Source: a virus
Length of the DNA: 64,000 nucleotides
IMG/VR virus record: IMGVR_UViG_3300044630_004815
Coordinates: 6,210-70,209 of that record
Direction: 5' to 3' (one strand)
Below, one piece after another: positions 57,339 through 64,000 of the stretch. Below the pieces are notes generated by a model that saw nothing but the letters and a program-made list of their open reading frames with translations, was not told where the DNA came from and made no database searches. A program made the position numbers and the translations under genes. Each line of letters begins with the position of its first letter. Position 1 is the stretch's first letter.

Positions 57339-57590
57339 TTAACCGTTAAGGACTTGAGGTTCGGAATCCTCTGCGTCAAGTTTATTTAGAACATACTGAA
57401 TGGGTTTCAGTTCTTCCTTGAGGTCATTCTCAAGTTCCTTGAAAGTCTCAACCAGTGCCTCAAAGAGTTCAGAACCAGTCAGGTCTTCATAATCACAATC
57501 ATCAAAGAAGTTTTCACGGAAATACTCCGTGAGTTGGTTTTTCAGATTTTCAACAATTTGACGAGAAGCAGACTTGCAACGACGTGCCAT
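57339..57590 (-). CDS. Acidic helical hypothetical protein
   Basis: 83-aa ORF. Confidence 0.7.
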   Translation of the reverse strand: MARRCKSASRQIVENLKNQLTEYFRENFFDDCDYEDLTGSELFEALVETFKELENDLKEELKPIQYVLNKLDAEDSEPQVLNG

Positions 57591-57623
57591 AATAAAGAAA
57601 AAAGTTAGTTAGTTAAACTGTAA

Positions 57624-57848
57624 TCAGACGTAAGTTACATTGCCTTCAGCATCAGTGAGGGAAACATAACCGTCATCCTCAGAATCCACAGGTTCAGAAT
57701 AGTTCTCAAGCACAGTGGAATCATAATTGTCCAGTGCTTCAATGAGTTCAGCACCAGTCTCTGCTTTAGTCAGATTGACAATCAGTTGAGAACCCGCAGG
57801 GTTGGTATCAACGATTTCAGCAGCAAGAGCAATCAGTTTAGCAGACAT
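57624..57848 (-). CDS. Acidic hypothetical protein
   Basis: 74-aa ORF. Confidence 0.7.
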   Translation of the reverse strand: MSAKLIALAAEIVDTNPAGSQLIVNLTKAETGAELIEALDNYDSTVLENYSEPVDSEDDGYVSLTDAEGNVTYV

Positions 57849-57892
57849 TTAGGAAAAAGTCAAGGTTAATATTTGGGCATTGTTATACCCAA

Positions 57893-57964
57893 TTGGAATG
57901 GTGAGAGTTGAACTCACGACTTCTGCGTTATCAGCACAGCACTCTACCACTGAGTTACATTCCA
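57893..57964 (-). tRNA. tRNA-Ile(GAU)
   Basis: TGGAATG/CATTCCA acceptor, CTGTG-CTGATAA-CGCAG anticodon arm, GTTCAACTC T loop. Confidence 0.9.
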
Positions 57965-57973
57965 GAAAAGAAA

Positions 57974-58111
57974 TCAAATACTCAAAGGGTATTCAATCTC
58001 ATCTTCGTCAGGAAGACCAAATTCAAGACTAATATAGTCTTCATAATCAATACCGAGATACTTTTGAGCAAAATCCTCGTAATCATCGTGAAGAACACAA
58101 GTGTCAATCAT
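57974..58111 (-). CDS. Very acidic 45-aa protein (start MIDTCV)
   Basis: AGGAGG RBS downstream of cassette 7. Confidence 0.7.
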   Translation of the reverse strand: MIDTCVLHDDYEDFAQKYLGIDYEDYISLEFGLPDEDEIEYPLSI

Positions 58112-58139
58112 CTTGAAACCTCCTTGACTCGATGAATAC

Positions 58140-58198
58140 ATCATAGCACGTTCAGGACCGTCTGGCAAGTGATATGTGCCACTAGAAGAAGTGGCACA
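58140..58198 (-). promoter_or_regulatory. Palindrome-promoter cassette 7
   Basis: TGTGCCACT-N6-AGTGGCACA, then TTGCCA-N17-TATGAT. Confidence 0.85.
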
Positions 58199-58203
58199 AG
58201 GTA

Positions 58204-58383
58204 TTAAACATCATAAAACCTATTTTGCCTCAGTTCATCTTGATAAGTTTTATTTTCCCACTCTTCATTCCAAGGAACAGATAACATAAAATTATAATGT
58301 TCCATCCAACGACTAGAAAGTTCTAGGATTGTGTTATAATTTTCAAACTTATCGTAGAACCCAGTTGAATCAAGGAGTAACAT
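58204..58383 (-). CDS. Hypothetical protein, 59 aa (not in the ORF track)
   Basis: MLLLDSTGFYDKFENY..., exactly fills the space between cassettes 8 and 7. Confidence 0.65.
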   Translation of the reverse strand: MLLLDSTGFYDKFENYNTILELSSRWMEHYNFMLSVPWNEEWENKTYQDELRQNRFYDV

Positions 58384-58405
58384 GGTTTTGATTGATTACG
58401 AAGTA

Positions 58406-58464
58406 ATTATAGCAGTGTTTGGAGTGCTGTGCTCTTTTATTGTGCCACATCTACAGGTGGCACA
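58406..58464 (-). promoter_or_regulatory. Palindrome-promoter cassette 8
   Basis: TGTGCCACA-N6-GGTGGCACA, 29 bp from TATAAT. Confidence 0.8.
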
Positions 58465-58697
58465 GTGCCATCAAACTGCTCCAGCAGTTCTGGATTGTAT
58501 TCTGCAACCTCTTTAATCAGTTCGGCATCATTGTAAGAATCAAGATTGCCTACCAAAGTATCATAAGCAAACGACACTAGAGTATCCATATCCATTCCCT
58601 CTACGATAAGAGAGGCATAGTCTTCAATCAGTTGATCTCGGTCGAAGTTCATTTTGTTGAATTTAAGGATTTCAGTGTAAAGGTCAGTCATAATCAA
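58437..58697 (-). CDS. Acidic hypothetical protein
   Basis: DRDQLIEDYA..IVEGMD.DTL pattern. Confidence 0.7.
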   Translation of the reverse strand: MIMTDLYTEILKFNKMNFDRDQLIEDYASLIVEGMDMDTLVSFAYDTLVGNLDSYNDAELIKEVAEYNPELLEQFDGTVPPVDVAQ

Positions 58698-58918
58698 TAA
58701 GATGAATCAATTTCGGCAAGTTTTTTCTGTTGCCTCAGATCCTTAACAATCAATTGCAATTCACAAATGTCCTCATTTAGAATTGTGAGGTCATCATACA
58801 TCATTTCTGCTTGATATACACTTCTACATTTTTTATATTGCTTTTGAAGTTTATCAAACTTTTTCTTTGCTTCCTTGAGTTCTTTTTCGTACTCTTGAAT
58901 AGATTTTGAATAATTCAT
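58694..58918 (-). CDS. Coiled-coil hypothetical protein (start MNYSK)
   Basis: ORF track; ATGA overlap. Confidence 0.65.
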   Translation of the reverse strand: MNYSKSIQEYEKELKEAKKKFDKLQKQYKKCRSVYQAEMMYDDLTILNEDICELQLIVKDLRQQKKLAEIDSSY

Positions 58919-59046
58919 TTGCGATAAGGACTGAACCAATAAGAACGGAAAACTGTAATAACAATAATAGCAGTACTAATGATACCAACCAAACCAATAA
59001 TGGTAGTTGCATCACCATTGAAATTGAATGTGTCTATGGACATCAT
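58915..59046 (-). CDS. Small single-pass membrane protein, 43 aa
   Basis: MMSIDTFNFNGDATTIIGLVGIISTAIIVITVFRSYWFSPYRK, following cassette 9. Confidence 0.65.
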   Translation of the reverse strand: MMSIDTFNFNGDATTIIGLVGIISTAIIVITVFRSYWFSPYRK

Positions 59047-59065
59047 TTGAGTGATTTACTTCGTA

Positions 59066-59124
59066 ATCATAGCACCTTTACGGTGCGAAATCAAGTGATA
59101 GTGGACAGTGCCAAAACTGTCCAC
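59066..59124 (-). promoter_or_regulatory. Palindrome-promoter cassette 9 (variant arms)
   Basis: Perfect GTGGACAGT-N6-ACTGTCCAC, then TTGATT-N17-TATGAT. Confidence 0.8.
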
Positions 59125-59263
59125 CGTTATACTTATGTAGTCAATTATGGACTAGGATCAAAATAAACGATTTCTTCCAATGCAGGAAGAATCTTTATGA
59201 ACCAGGAAATGTTAGATGGGCAACAAGAAGTCAACAACAAAGAAATAGGAGAAATTCAAAAAA

Positions 59264-59533
59264 TTAAATGTTCCAAGTCCCCCGTTGAATCATAATCTTT
59301 TTAATCTCAGTAAACACAAACTTTTTCAGTTTAGCATCTTCAGTTGTCTCATATGCAAGATAGAGTCTTTTCAGATAATCTTCTTGTGTGCAAACTTTAA
59401 CTACTTTTGCATCGGTCATTCCAATATCACGCAAAGGAGAACCTGCTTTAACTTTTGCCCTACCAAAATTGCCAGATACAGAACCTTGAGTGCGAAGTTT
59501 AGGTTTGATTTTAGAAAGATTGGAAGCAGTCAT
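59264..59533 (-). CDS. Basic hypothetical protein (start MTASNLSK)
   Basis: KIKPKLRTQG.VSGNFG..KVKAGS; start placed after cassette 10. Confidence 0.7.
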   Translation of the reverse strand: MTASNLSKIKPKLRTQGSVSGNFGRAKVKAGSPLRDIGMTDAKVVKVCTQEDYLKRLYLAYETTEDAKLKKFVFTEIKKIMIQRGTWNI

Positions 59534-59555
59534 TGCCCTTTTTGAGTATGCACTC

Positions 59556-59615
59556 ATTATAGGGTAGAACCTACCCCATTGGGGGGTGGTCTGTGCCAGT
59601 TCCACAAGTGTCACA
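59556..59615 (-). promoter_or_regulatory. Palindrome-promoter cassette 10
   Basis: TGTGCCAGT-N6-AGTGTCACA, 30 bp from TATAAT. Confidence 0.75.
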
Positions 59616-59735
59616 GGCATCTTTCATAAGTTTTTTCAATTTCTGTTTGCCATATTCAGTGAGTTCGTATTTCTTATTGCGAAGTTGCTCTACCTCTTCT
59701 TGAGTGAGATCCACCCACGGCATATCATCGTTCAT
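59571..59735 (-). CDS. 54-aa protein, paralog of 61104..61292
   Basis: LTQEEVEQLRNKKYELTEYGKQKLKKLM. Confidence 0.65.
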   Translation of the reverse strand: MNDDMPWVDLTQEEVEQLRNKKYELTEYGKQKLKKLMKDACDTCGTGTDHPPMG

Positions 59736-59965
59736 TTGTTCTTCTCACAATACAGGAAATACTTGTACTCGGCAACTTGGTGCGGTGCATATCTTACTAC
59801 ATCGCATTCTTTGTACTTATCAACCACTTCAAATGATGAAGAATTCAGTGGTTTATCACCACCTGTGGAAAGATTAATAATCACAAGAAAGATTATACCA
59901 AAGACAACAAAGACACCAGCAGCACTGAGAAACTCTTTGAGAGCATACTTATCTTCTTCAGTCAT
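59732..59965 (-). CDS. Membrane-anchored small protein
   Basis: TM helix then FEVVDKYK.CDVVRY. Confidence 0.7.
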   Translation of the reverse strand: MTEEDKYALKEFLSAAGVFVVFGIIFLVIINLSTGGDKPLNSSSFEVVDKYKECDVVRYAPHQVAEYKYFLYCEKNK

Positions 59966-60144
59966 TGTTCCCAAGCATAAGATTTTAGAAATTCATTATC
60001 TCTTTGAAGTGTTTCAATTTTATCATACAAATCATCAATAATTTCAATCAAGGCATCATAATCAATCGTTTCAGTTGTTCTACCATCCTCCATATCCTCA
60101 TAGTAGGAATACTGGAGTTGTTGTTTTATGTTTCGTTCAGTCAT
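59962..60144 (-). CDS. Hypothetical protein, paralog of 61461..61643
   Basis: MTERN...DNEFLKSYAWE. Confidence 0.75.
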   Translation of the reverse strand: MTERNIKQQLQYSYYEDMEDGRTTETIDYDALIEIIDDLYDKIETLQRDNEFLKSYAWEQ

Positions 60145-60890
60145 CGTAGCATCCCCTTAATTTTTTCAAGACAATGATTAAATCCATCAACAAGTAATTC
60201 AGTATTTACATTCTGACTTCCTGCTGCTGATTGTTCTTTCGGCAACCAGTCCTCCACCAAATCTACAACATCATTACAAGCATCAAATTCATAACCAAGT
60301 TCATCTACCAATCTATTAAAAAGTTTTTGTGCTTGGTATTTTTTAATCAACCTATCCACAACCTCATCCATAGGTTTTGGATTATCCTTTTCATCCCATT
60401 CTACTTCATCATAATACTCTGGTTCATCAGGACACTGTGGTTCATCAAACTTTCCCTTCTTCACATCATTAAACCACACACCTTCAAGCAAACGATGAGT
60501 TTCACCATCACTAATATTAACCATCAGCATACCATCAACAGTATGCTTTCTCTTATACCAAGTATGACTCTTATCATTAAATTCATAACGATAATAATTC
60601 TCACCATTATAAGAGACAATCTCAAATTTACCACCAAGTTCAAAGTTCATTCTTGGTGGTTGAGATTTATGTGTCTCAATCTCTTTGAGGAGGTCAAGTT
60701 TCTTTTGTAATACTTTTATTTCTGCTTCGGTCTTTTCAATATCAGATTTGAAAGTCATTTGTTTAAAATAAGGAGTAGCATCCATCACACCATCTTTCAT
60801 TGCTTGTCTAAAGGCATTACGGAGACCAGTATCGACTTGCTCTCTTTTCTCTGCTTCTTCAAACATCTCATCAGGATAAGGTTCAGTCAT
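60141..60890 (-). CDS. Mosaic hypothetical protein
   Basis: 249 aa; N-terminal module shared with 63109..63390. Confidence 0.75.
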   Translation of the reverse strand: MTEPYPDEMFEEAEKREQVDTGLRNAFRQAMKDGVMDATPYFKQMTFKSDIEKTEAEIKVLQKKLDLLKEIETHKSQPPRMNFELGGKFEIVSYNGENYYRYEFNDKSHTWYKRKHTVDGMLMVNISDGETHRLLEGVWFNDVKKGKFDEPQCPDEPEYYDEVEWDEKDNPKPMDEVVDRLIKKYQAQKLFNRLVDELGYEFDACNDVVDLVEDWLPKEQSAAGSQNVNTELLVDGFNHCLEKIKGMLR

Positions 60891-61111
60891 AAGTCCTCCA
60901 ATTCATTCGCAAGTTCAAGAATATCCTCACAATACAGCAATCCACCAACTCTACATTGCTCTACTACCTCACGAAGAACAGCAGCATACTCACAGTTCAC
61001 ACGAGCACTCATAGGGTCTTTCTTGCCCTCACGGATGAGTTTTCCCAGAGGAACACCACCATCCACTACTCTATGTGCGGCATCTATTACTTTTTGTGCT
61101 CTTTCAGTCAT
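60887..61111 (-). CDS. Hypothetical protein (start MTERAQKV)
   Basis: ATGACTGA junction at 61104-61111. Confidence 0.7.
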   Translation of the reverse strand: MTERAQKVIDAAHRVVDGGVPLGKLIREGKKDPMSARVNCEYAAVLREVVEQCRVGGLLYCEDILELANELEDL

Positions 61112-61292
61112 TTTGTGCCTCTTGTTTTTCCATAAGTTCTTTGAGTTTTTTCCGTGCATAATCCGTGAGTTCATATTTTTGATTTCTCAATTCATCAATT
61201 TCATTTTGAGATAGAAAGAAACCATCTGGAAGATTTCCAAAGTCCTCTTTGTCCCATTCTTGGATTTGTTCGTCTGTGTATTCTTCACTCAT
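61104..61292 (-). CDS. Hypothetical protein
   Basis: 62 aa; paralog of 59571..59735. Confidence 0.7.
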   Translation of the reverse strand: MSEEYTDEQIQEWDKEDFGNLPDGFFLSQNEIDELRNQKYELTDYARKKLKELMEKQEAQND

Positions 61293-61464
61293 CTCTTATC
61301 TCCTTTAACCATTTAGCAAATTCAATCCATTTTGTATCGTTGAATGCTTCTTGGAGAACTTCAGCATTAGGTTCGTGGTTTATTCTATAAATTAACATTT
61401 TCATCTCATTACGAATAAGAACCCGATGCCTATTAACCATTTCGCATATTTGAGCATCAGTCAT
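61285..61464 (-). CDS. Hypothetical protein (start MTDAQI)
   Basis: ATGA overlap. Confidence 0.65.
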   Translation of the reverse strand: MTDAQICEMVNRHRVLIRNEMKMLIYRINHEPNAEVLQEAFNDTKWIEFAKWLKEIRDE

Positions 61465-61643
61465 ACTTCCCACGCATAAGATTTTAGGATTTCGTTGTCT
61501 TTTTCCAGTTGCTCCACTCTTTCTACCAAATCTTGAAGAATAAGAATTAAAGCAGGATAGTGAATGTTTTGAGTATCATTTCCCCCTTCCATATCGGTAT
61601 AGGTGAAATATTGAAGTTCTTTCTCAAGGTTGCGTTCAGTCAT
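61461..61643 (-). CDS. Hypothetical protein (start MTERNL)
   Basis: Paralog of 59962..60144. Confidence 0.75.
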   Translation of the reverse strand: MTERNLEKELQYFTYTDMEGGNDTQNIHYPALILILQDLVERVEQLEKDNEILKSYAWEV

Positions 61644-61821
61644 TTTCAGTTCCTCCATAATAATGTTGTGCGTTGAGTGTTCTCCACATTACAATCTGTT
61701 CAAAACATTCCCCAAGATTGCGACAAACAAAACTATCTTCATCTATTCCATCAGGACCATCCCAGATTGTAGCAGTATATCCTTTGGTTGGATGTGGTGT
61801 ATAAGTGATTTCAATCTTCAT
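61636..61821 (-). CDS. Hypothetical protein
   Basis: 61 aa (DGPDGID...LGECFEQI). Confidence 0.7.
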   Translation of the reverse strand: MKIEITYTPHPTKGYTATIWDGPDGIDEDSFVCRNLGECFEQIVMWRTLNAQHYYGGTEND

Positions 61822-62056
61822 TATTCGTCAGTCCTACTTCAAGTCCTTCCATTCTTCCCATATTATAACCCATAACAAACGCAGAGTGAACCCACTTATA
61901 CATCAAATCCTGACGGGTCTTCACATCTTCTACCTCCGCATCATCATAGAACCATTCACTACGAAATGAAAAACCACCACAAAGGTCGTTGAACCATTCC
62001 TGAAATGCTTCTTCAATTGTATCATCAAATTCCCAATCTTTTGTAGGATGCGTCAT
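61811..62056 (-). CDS. Hypothetical protein (start MTHPTK)
   Basis: ATGA overlap; F.EWF....GFS.RSEWFY.D pattern. Confidence 0.7.
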   Translation of the reverse strand: MTHPTKDWEFDDTIEEAFQEWFNDLCGGFSFRSEWFYDDAEVEDVKTRQDLMYKWVHSAFVMGYNMGRMEGLEVGLTNNED

Positions 62057-62241
62057 AAGTCTAATGGTTGCTGGGGGTCTTTTTTCCAAGTTTCCTTATA
62101 AGTAATCCACCGTTCCACACCAATTTCTTGTTGAGCAACCCAGTGTATTCCATTCTCATCAATCGCATCAAGATAATGAACACCAGTCTTGGGGCAGATG
62201 ACTCTGGATACTTGTGTGAATTTTAGTTTGTTAGTCATCAT
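62053..62241 (-). CDS. Hypothetical protein
   Basis: 62 aa (KTGVHYLDAIDENG.HW). Confidence 0.7.
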   Translation of the reverse strand: MMTNKLKFTQVSRVICPKTGVHYLDAIDENGIHWVAQQEIGVERWITYKETWKKDPQQPLDL

Positions 62242-62431
62242 CAGAACTCCAAGTATTCATTTTGGTGCTTACATTACTACTTTCCCAACCTTCATCGTAT
62301 CCTACTTTGAAACCTTCTGTGTAGATTAATGCAGAAAATTTCAAGAGTTGTTTTTTGGTTGATGTAATATTATCTGGAAATTCATCAAACCCACAGGTTT
62401 TAGCAAGTTTTAGGATTTGTTCGTCAGTCAT
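62231..62431 (-). CDS. Hypothetical protein
   Basis: MTDEQILKLA..CGF. Confidence 0.7.
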   Translation of the reverse strand: MTDEQILKLAKTCGFDEFPDNITSTKKQLLKFSALIYTEGFKVGYDEGWESSNVSTKMNTWSSDDD

Positions 62432-62787
62432 TCTTCCAAACTCTTAATACATTTTTGAATCAGGTCGTTCCACCTCTTTGGAGTAAGTTTCTCACTCGCA
62501 TAAGAACTCCTAAAAGGATACTTATACCAAGTCAAACGGAAGTTTTCACTTGGGATTTGAAAGTTAGGTTTATCCATTTCATCTTCTTCATCACCCCAAT
62601 AATAAGGACGGATGATAAAGAAGTCGTTGGAGAAATGTGGAGTGTATCCATAATCTTTTTCTCCTGTCTTTTCTGTGATCGCATCAATCAGGATTTGGAA
62701 TGGACCACCCATCCACTTCTCACGAGGAACACTATATTCCTCTGTGGCATTTCCAAATAACATTTGCCCAAGTTCAAGTTCAGTCAT
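62428..62787 (-). CDS. Hypothetical protein (start MTELELGQ)
   Basis: GGAG RBS; F.IRPYYWGD...PNF...WYKYP.R pattern. Confidence 0.75.
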   Translation of the reverse strand: MTELELGQMLFGNATEEYSVPREKWMGGPFQILIDAITEKTGEKDYGYTPHFSNDFFIIRPYYWGDEEDEMDKPNFQIPSENFRLTWYKYPFRSSYASEKLTPKRWNDLIQKCIKSLEE

Positions 62788-62788
62788 T

Positions 62789-63031
62789 TCAATCTCCAAG
62801 AACACCAGACCTTACACTTTCCACACCATCAACATATCCCCTATCATACTCATCACCTGCTCCAATATCATAACCAATACCATATGCTTTATCAGCAACT
62901 ACAAGAGCAAACTTTACAGCAACCTCACGAAAGGCATTATTCATAGCACCAGTCATAACACCAGCACCAAGAGTATTCATTCCAAACTGGGTTCCATTAC
63001 CCCAGAGTTCAATAAGTTCTTGTTCAGTCAT
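62789..63031 (-). CDS. Hypothetical protein
   Basis: GAGGA RBS directly after cassette 11. Confidence 0.7.
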   Translation of the reverse strand: MTEQELIELWGNGTQFGMNTLGAGVMTGAMNNAFREVAVKFALVVADKAYGIGYDIGAGDEYDRGYVDGVESVRSGVLGD

Positions 63032-63054
63032 CAGTCCTCTGTGTGTATGAGAGT

Positions 63055-63113
63055 ATTATACCACTCACAGAACCCCACAGAGCATCCCTTGTGCCAGTTC
63101 TTCAAGTGTCATT
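63055..63113 (-). promoter_or_regulatory. Palindrome-promoter cassette 11
   Basis: TGTGCCAGT-N6-AGTGTCATT, 29 bp from TATAAT. Confidence 0.75.
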
Positions 63114-63390
63114 TCTTCTCCACCCACATACAATCAAAACAAATTCGCATCATAAACCTCACAAAACGATTAGGAACTCTTCCTTCTGCTGGTGTATAAG
63201 CAATACCATAATTAGCATTTGGACGATTGCCGAACATATAGCAAGTCCAGTTAGATTGTTTTGGTTGACTGATTTTGAAAGCATCAGCAGGAATTTTGAA
63301 TACACCCTCTAGTTTTGCTTGTTTCATAGCATCACGAAGACCAGCATCTACTTCTTCTGGTGTTTGTGGTTTTGGTTGAAATTCAGTCAT
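63109..63390 (-). CDS. Hypothetical protein
   Basis: 93 aa; ATGACTGA start. Confidence 0.7.
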   Translation of the reverse strand: MTEFQPKPQTPEEVDAGLRDAMKQAKLEGVFKIPADAFKISQPKQSNWTCYMFGNRPNANYGIAYTPAEGRVPNRFVRFMMRICFDCMWVEKK

Positions 63391-63517
63391 TTTTCAATTC
63401 TCTGTTAATAATGTCTTTGACTACATTATACTTGATTTTATCAATTTCTTCATTCACCCACTTCTTCACACCCTCATTCATACTTTTGAGTGTGGTTTCC
63501 CATTCTTCGTCAGTCAT
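63383..63517 (-). CDS. Hypothetical protein, 44 aa (not in the ORF track)
   Basis: MTDEEWETTLK...ELKND, bounded by two ATGACTGA junctions. Confidence 0.65.
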   Translation of the reverse strand: MTDEEWETTLKSMNEGVKKWVNEEIDKIKYNVVKDIINRELKND

Positions 63518-63681
63518 CGTTCAGCAACCACGATAAAGTCATTCATAGAAATACTCCTCTTACTTTTAGCAAGAATACCTTGATTTGGGAAATAAGGAAC
63601 TGCTACAAGATTATAGAATGGTCTCAACTGCTCATAGAGAGTATAAAGGTGTCCGTCTTTCTTGTATCGGTAGAGTTTCAT
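63514..63681 (-). CDS. Hypothetical protein, 55 aa (not in the ORF track)
   Basis: MKLYRYKKDGHLYTLY...; ATGA overlaps at both ends. Confidence 0.65.
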   Translation of the reverse strand: MKLYRYKKDGHLYTLYEQLRPFYNLVAVPYFPNQGILAKSKRSISMNDFIVVAER

Positions 63682-63884
63682 AGTGCCTCCACATCATAAG
63701 AGATTTCATTTAGTTCTTGAGCAATATGAAGGTGCCAAGGTTCATTTTCAAGCACTCCATCTCTATGAATGATAGAAGAAATCACACGAATAGAAGATGC
63801 TAATGCTTCTTTCATATCATCGGTGGGTTCTACAATCAATTCTGCTTTGAATGTTTCCCAGATTTGATATGCGGTGTTAGTCAT
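63678..63884 (-). CDS. Hypothetical protein
   Basis: 68-aa ORF. Confidence 0.7.
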   Translation of the reverse strand: MTNTAYQIWETFKAELIVEPTDDMKEALASSIRVISSIIHRDGVLENEPWHLHIAQELNEISYDVEAL

Positions 63885-64000
63885 CGGTCAAAGTATCCAG
63901 AAGGTTTGTAATCACTAATGTATTGAGTTTTTAGTTGAATATCAAATGGGTCAATATCAGGGTGTTTTTCTTTGATGAAGGTTTTACACTCATCACGGGT
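63881..64000 (-). CDS. Hypothetical protein, C-terminal part (start outside window)
   Basis: Open frame TRDECKTF...GYFDR* ending in an ATGA overlap. Confidence 0.55.
   Translation of the reverse strand, partial: TRDECKTFIKEKHPDIDPFDIQLKTQYISDYKPSGYFDR

Noticed and set aside
50383-63113. Palindromic repeats as a CRISPR array
   Set aside because: Copies are 0.27-3.5 kb apart with whole genes between them, not 30-40 bp spacers; no cas genes
50383-63113. Palindromes as integron attC sites or intrinsic terminators
   Set aside because: No RYYYAAC/GTTRRRY cores, no integrase and no U-tract; the fixed 29-bp spacing to -10 boxes fits an operator better, though a secondary RNA-hairpin role is not excluded
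292-63699. Plus-strand ORFs in the track (e.g. 6984..7475, 12535..12987, 51100..51585, 52659..53141, 62675..63199)
   Set aside because: All overlap well-supported minus-strand genes, lack recognisable motifs and read as antisense shadows
1-64000. Stop-codon reassignment
   Set aside because: Core genes translate full length in the standard code, TAA, TAG and TGA all serve as stops, and the tRNAs are not suppressors
1-64000. Photosynthesis auxiliary genes, reverse transcriptase/DGR, integrase or transposase
   Set aside because: No such motifs are recognisable in this window; the cyanophage assignment rests on gene order and protein style

Overview
This window is part of a T4-like (Kyanoviridae-type) cyanomyophage genome. 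The host is inferred to be a cyanobacterium and the standard genetic code fits. Essentially every real gene is on the minus strand. Positions 1-6.3 kb hold replication, recombination and transcription genes (g45 start, g46, g47, g55, uvsW, uvsY). Positions 6.3-47.5 kb hold the late virion module: g3, g23, g22, g21, g20, g19, g18, g17, g16, g15, g14, g13, a 2128-aa structural protein, g8, a g7-like protein in two parts, g6, g25 and a GT-A glycosyltransferase-like gene, with T4-type late promoters. Positions 48.2-49.05 kb are gene-free and origin-like, with DnaA-box matches, CTCACAG iterons and divergent sigma70 promoters. Positions 49-64 kb form a hyperplastic early region of about 50 small ORFs, an SF2 helicase, an HNH nuclease, a metallophosphoesterase, an ArdA-like protein and 3 tRNAs. 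Five signals stand out. (1) Eleven copies of a 24-bp palindrome sit 28-30 bp upstream of -10 boxes. (2) An array of micro-genes is joined by a recurring ATGACTGA start/stop junction. (3) An orphan structured RNA, possibly abiF-like, lies just before tRNA-Arg. (4) The DnaA-box/iteron locus. (5) A modular polyprotein-like gene between g16 and g17 has apparent prohead-protease sites and an internal capsid-targeting-like sequence. All family calls come from motif recognition; no database searches were run.
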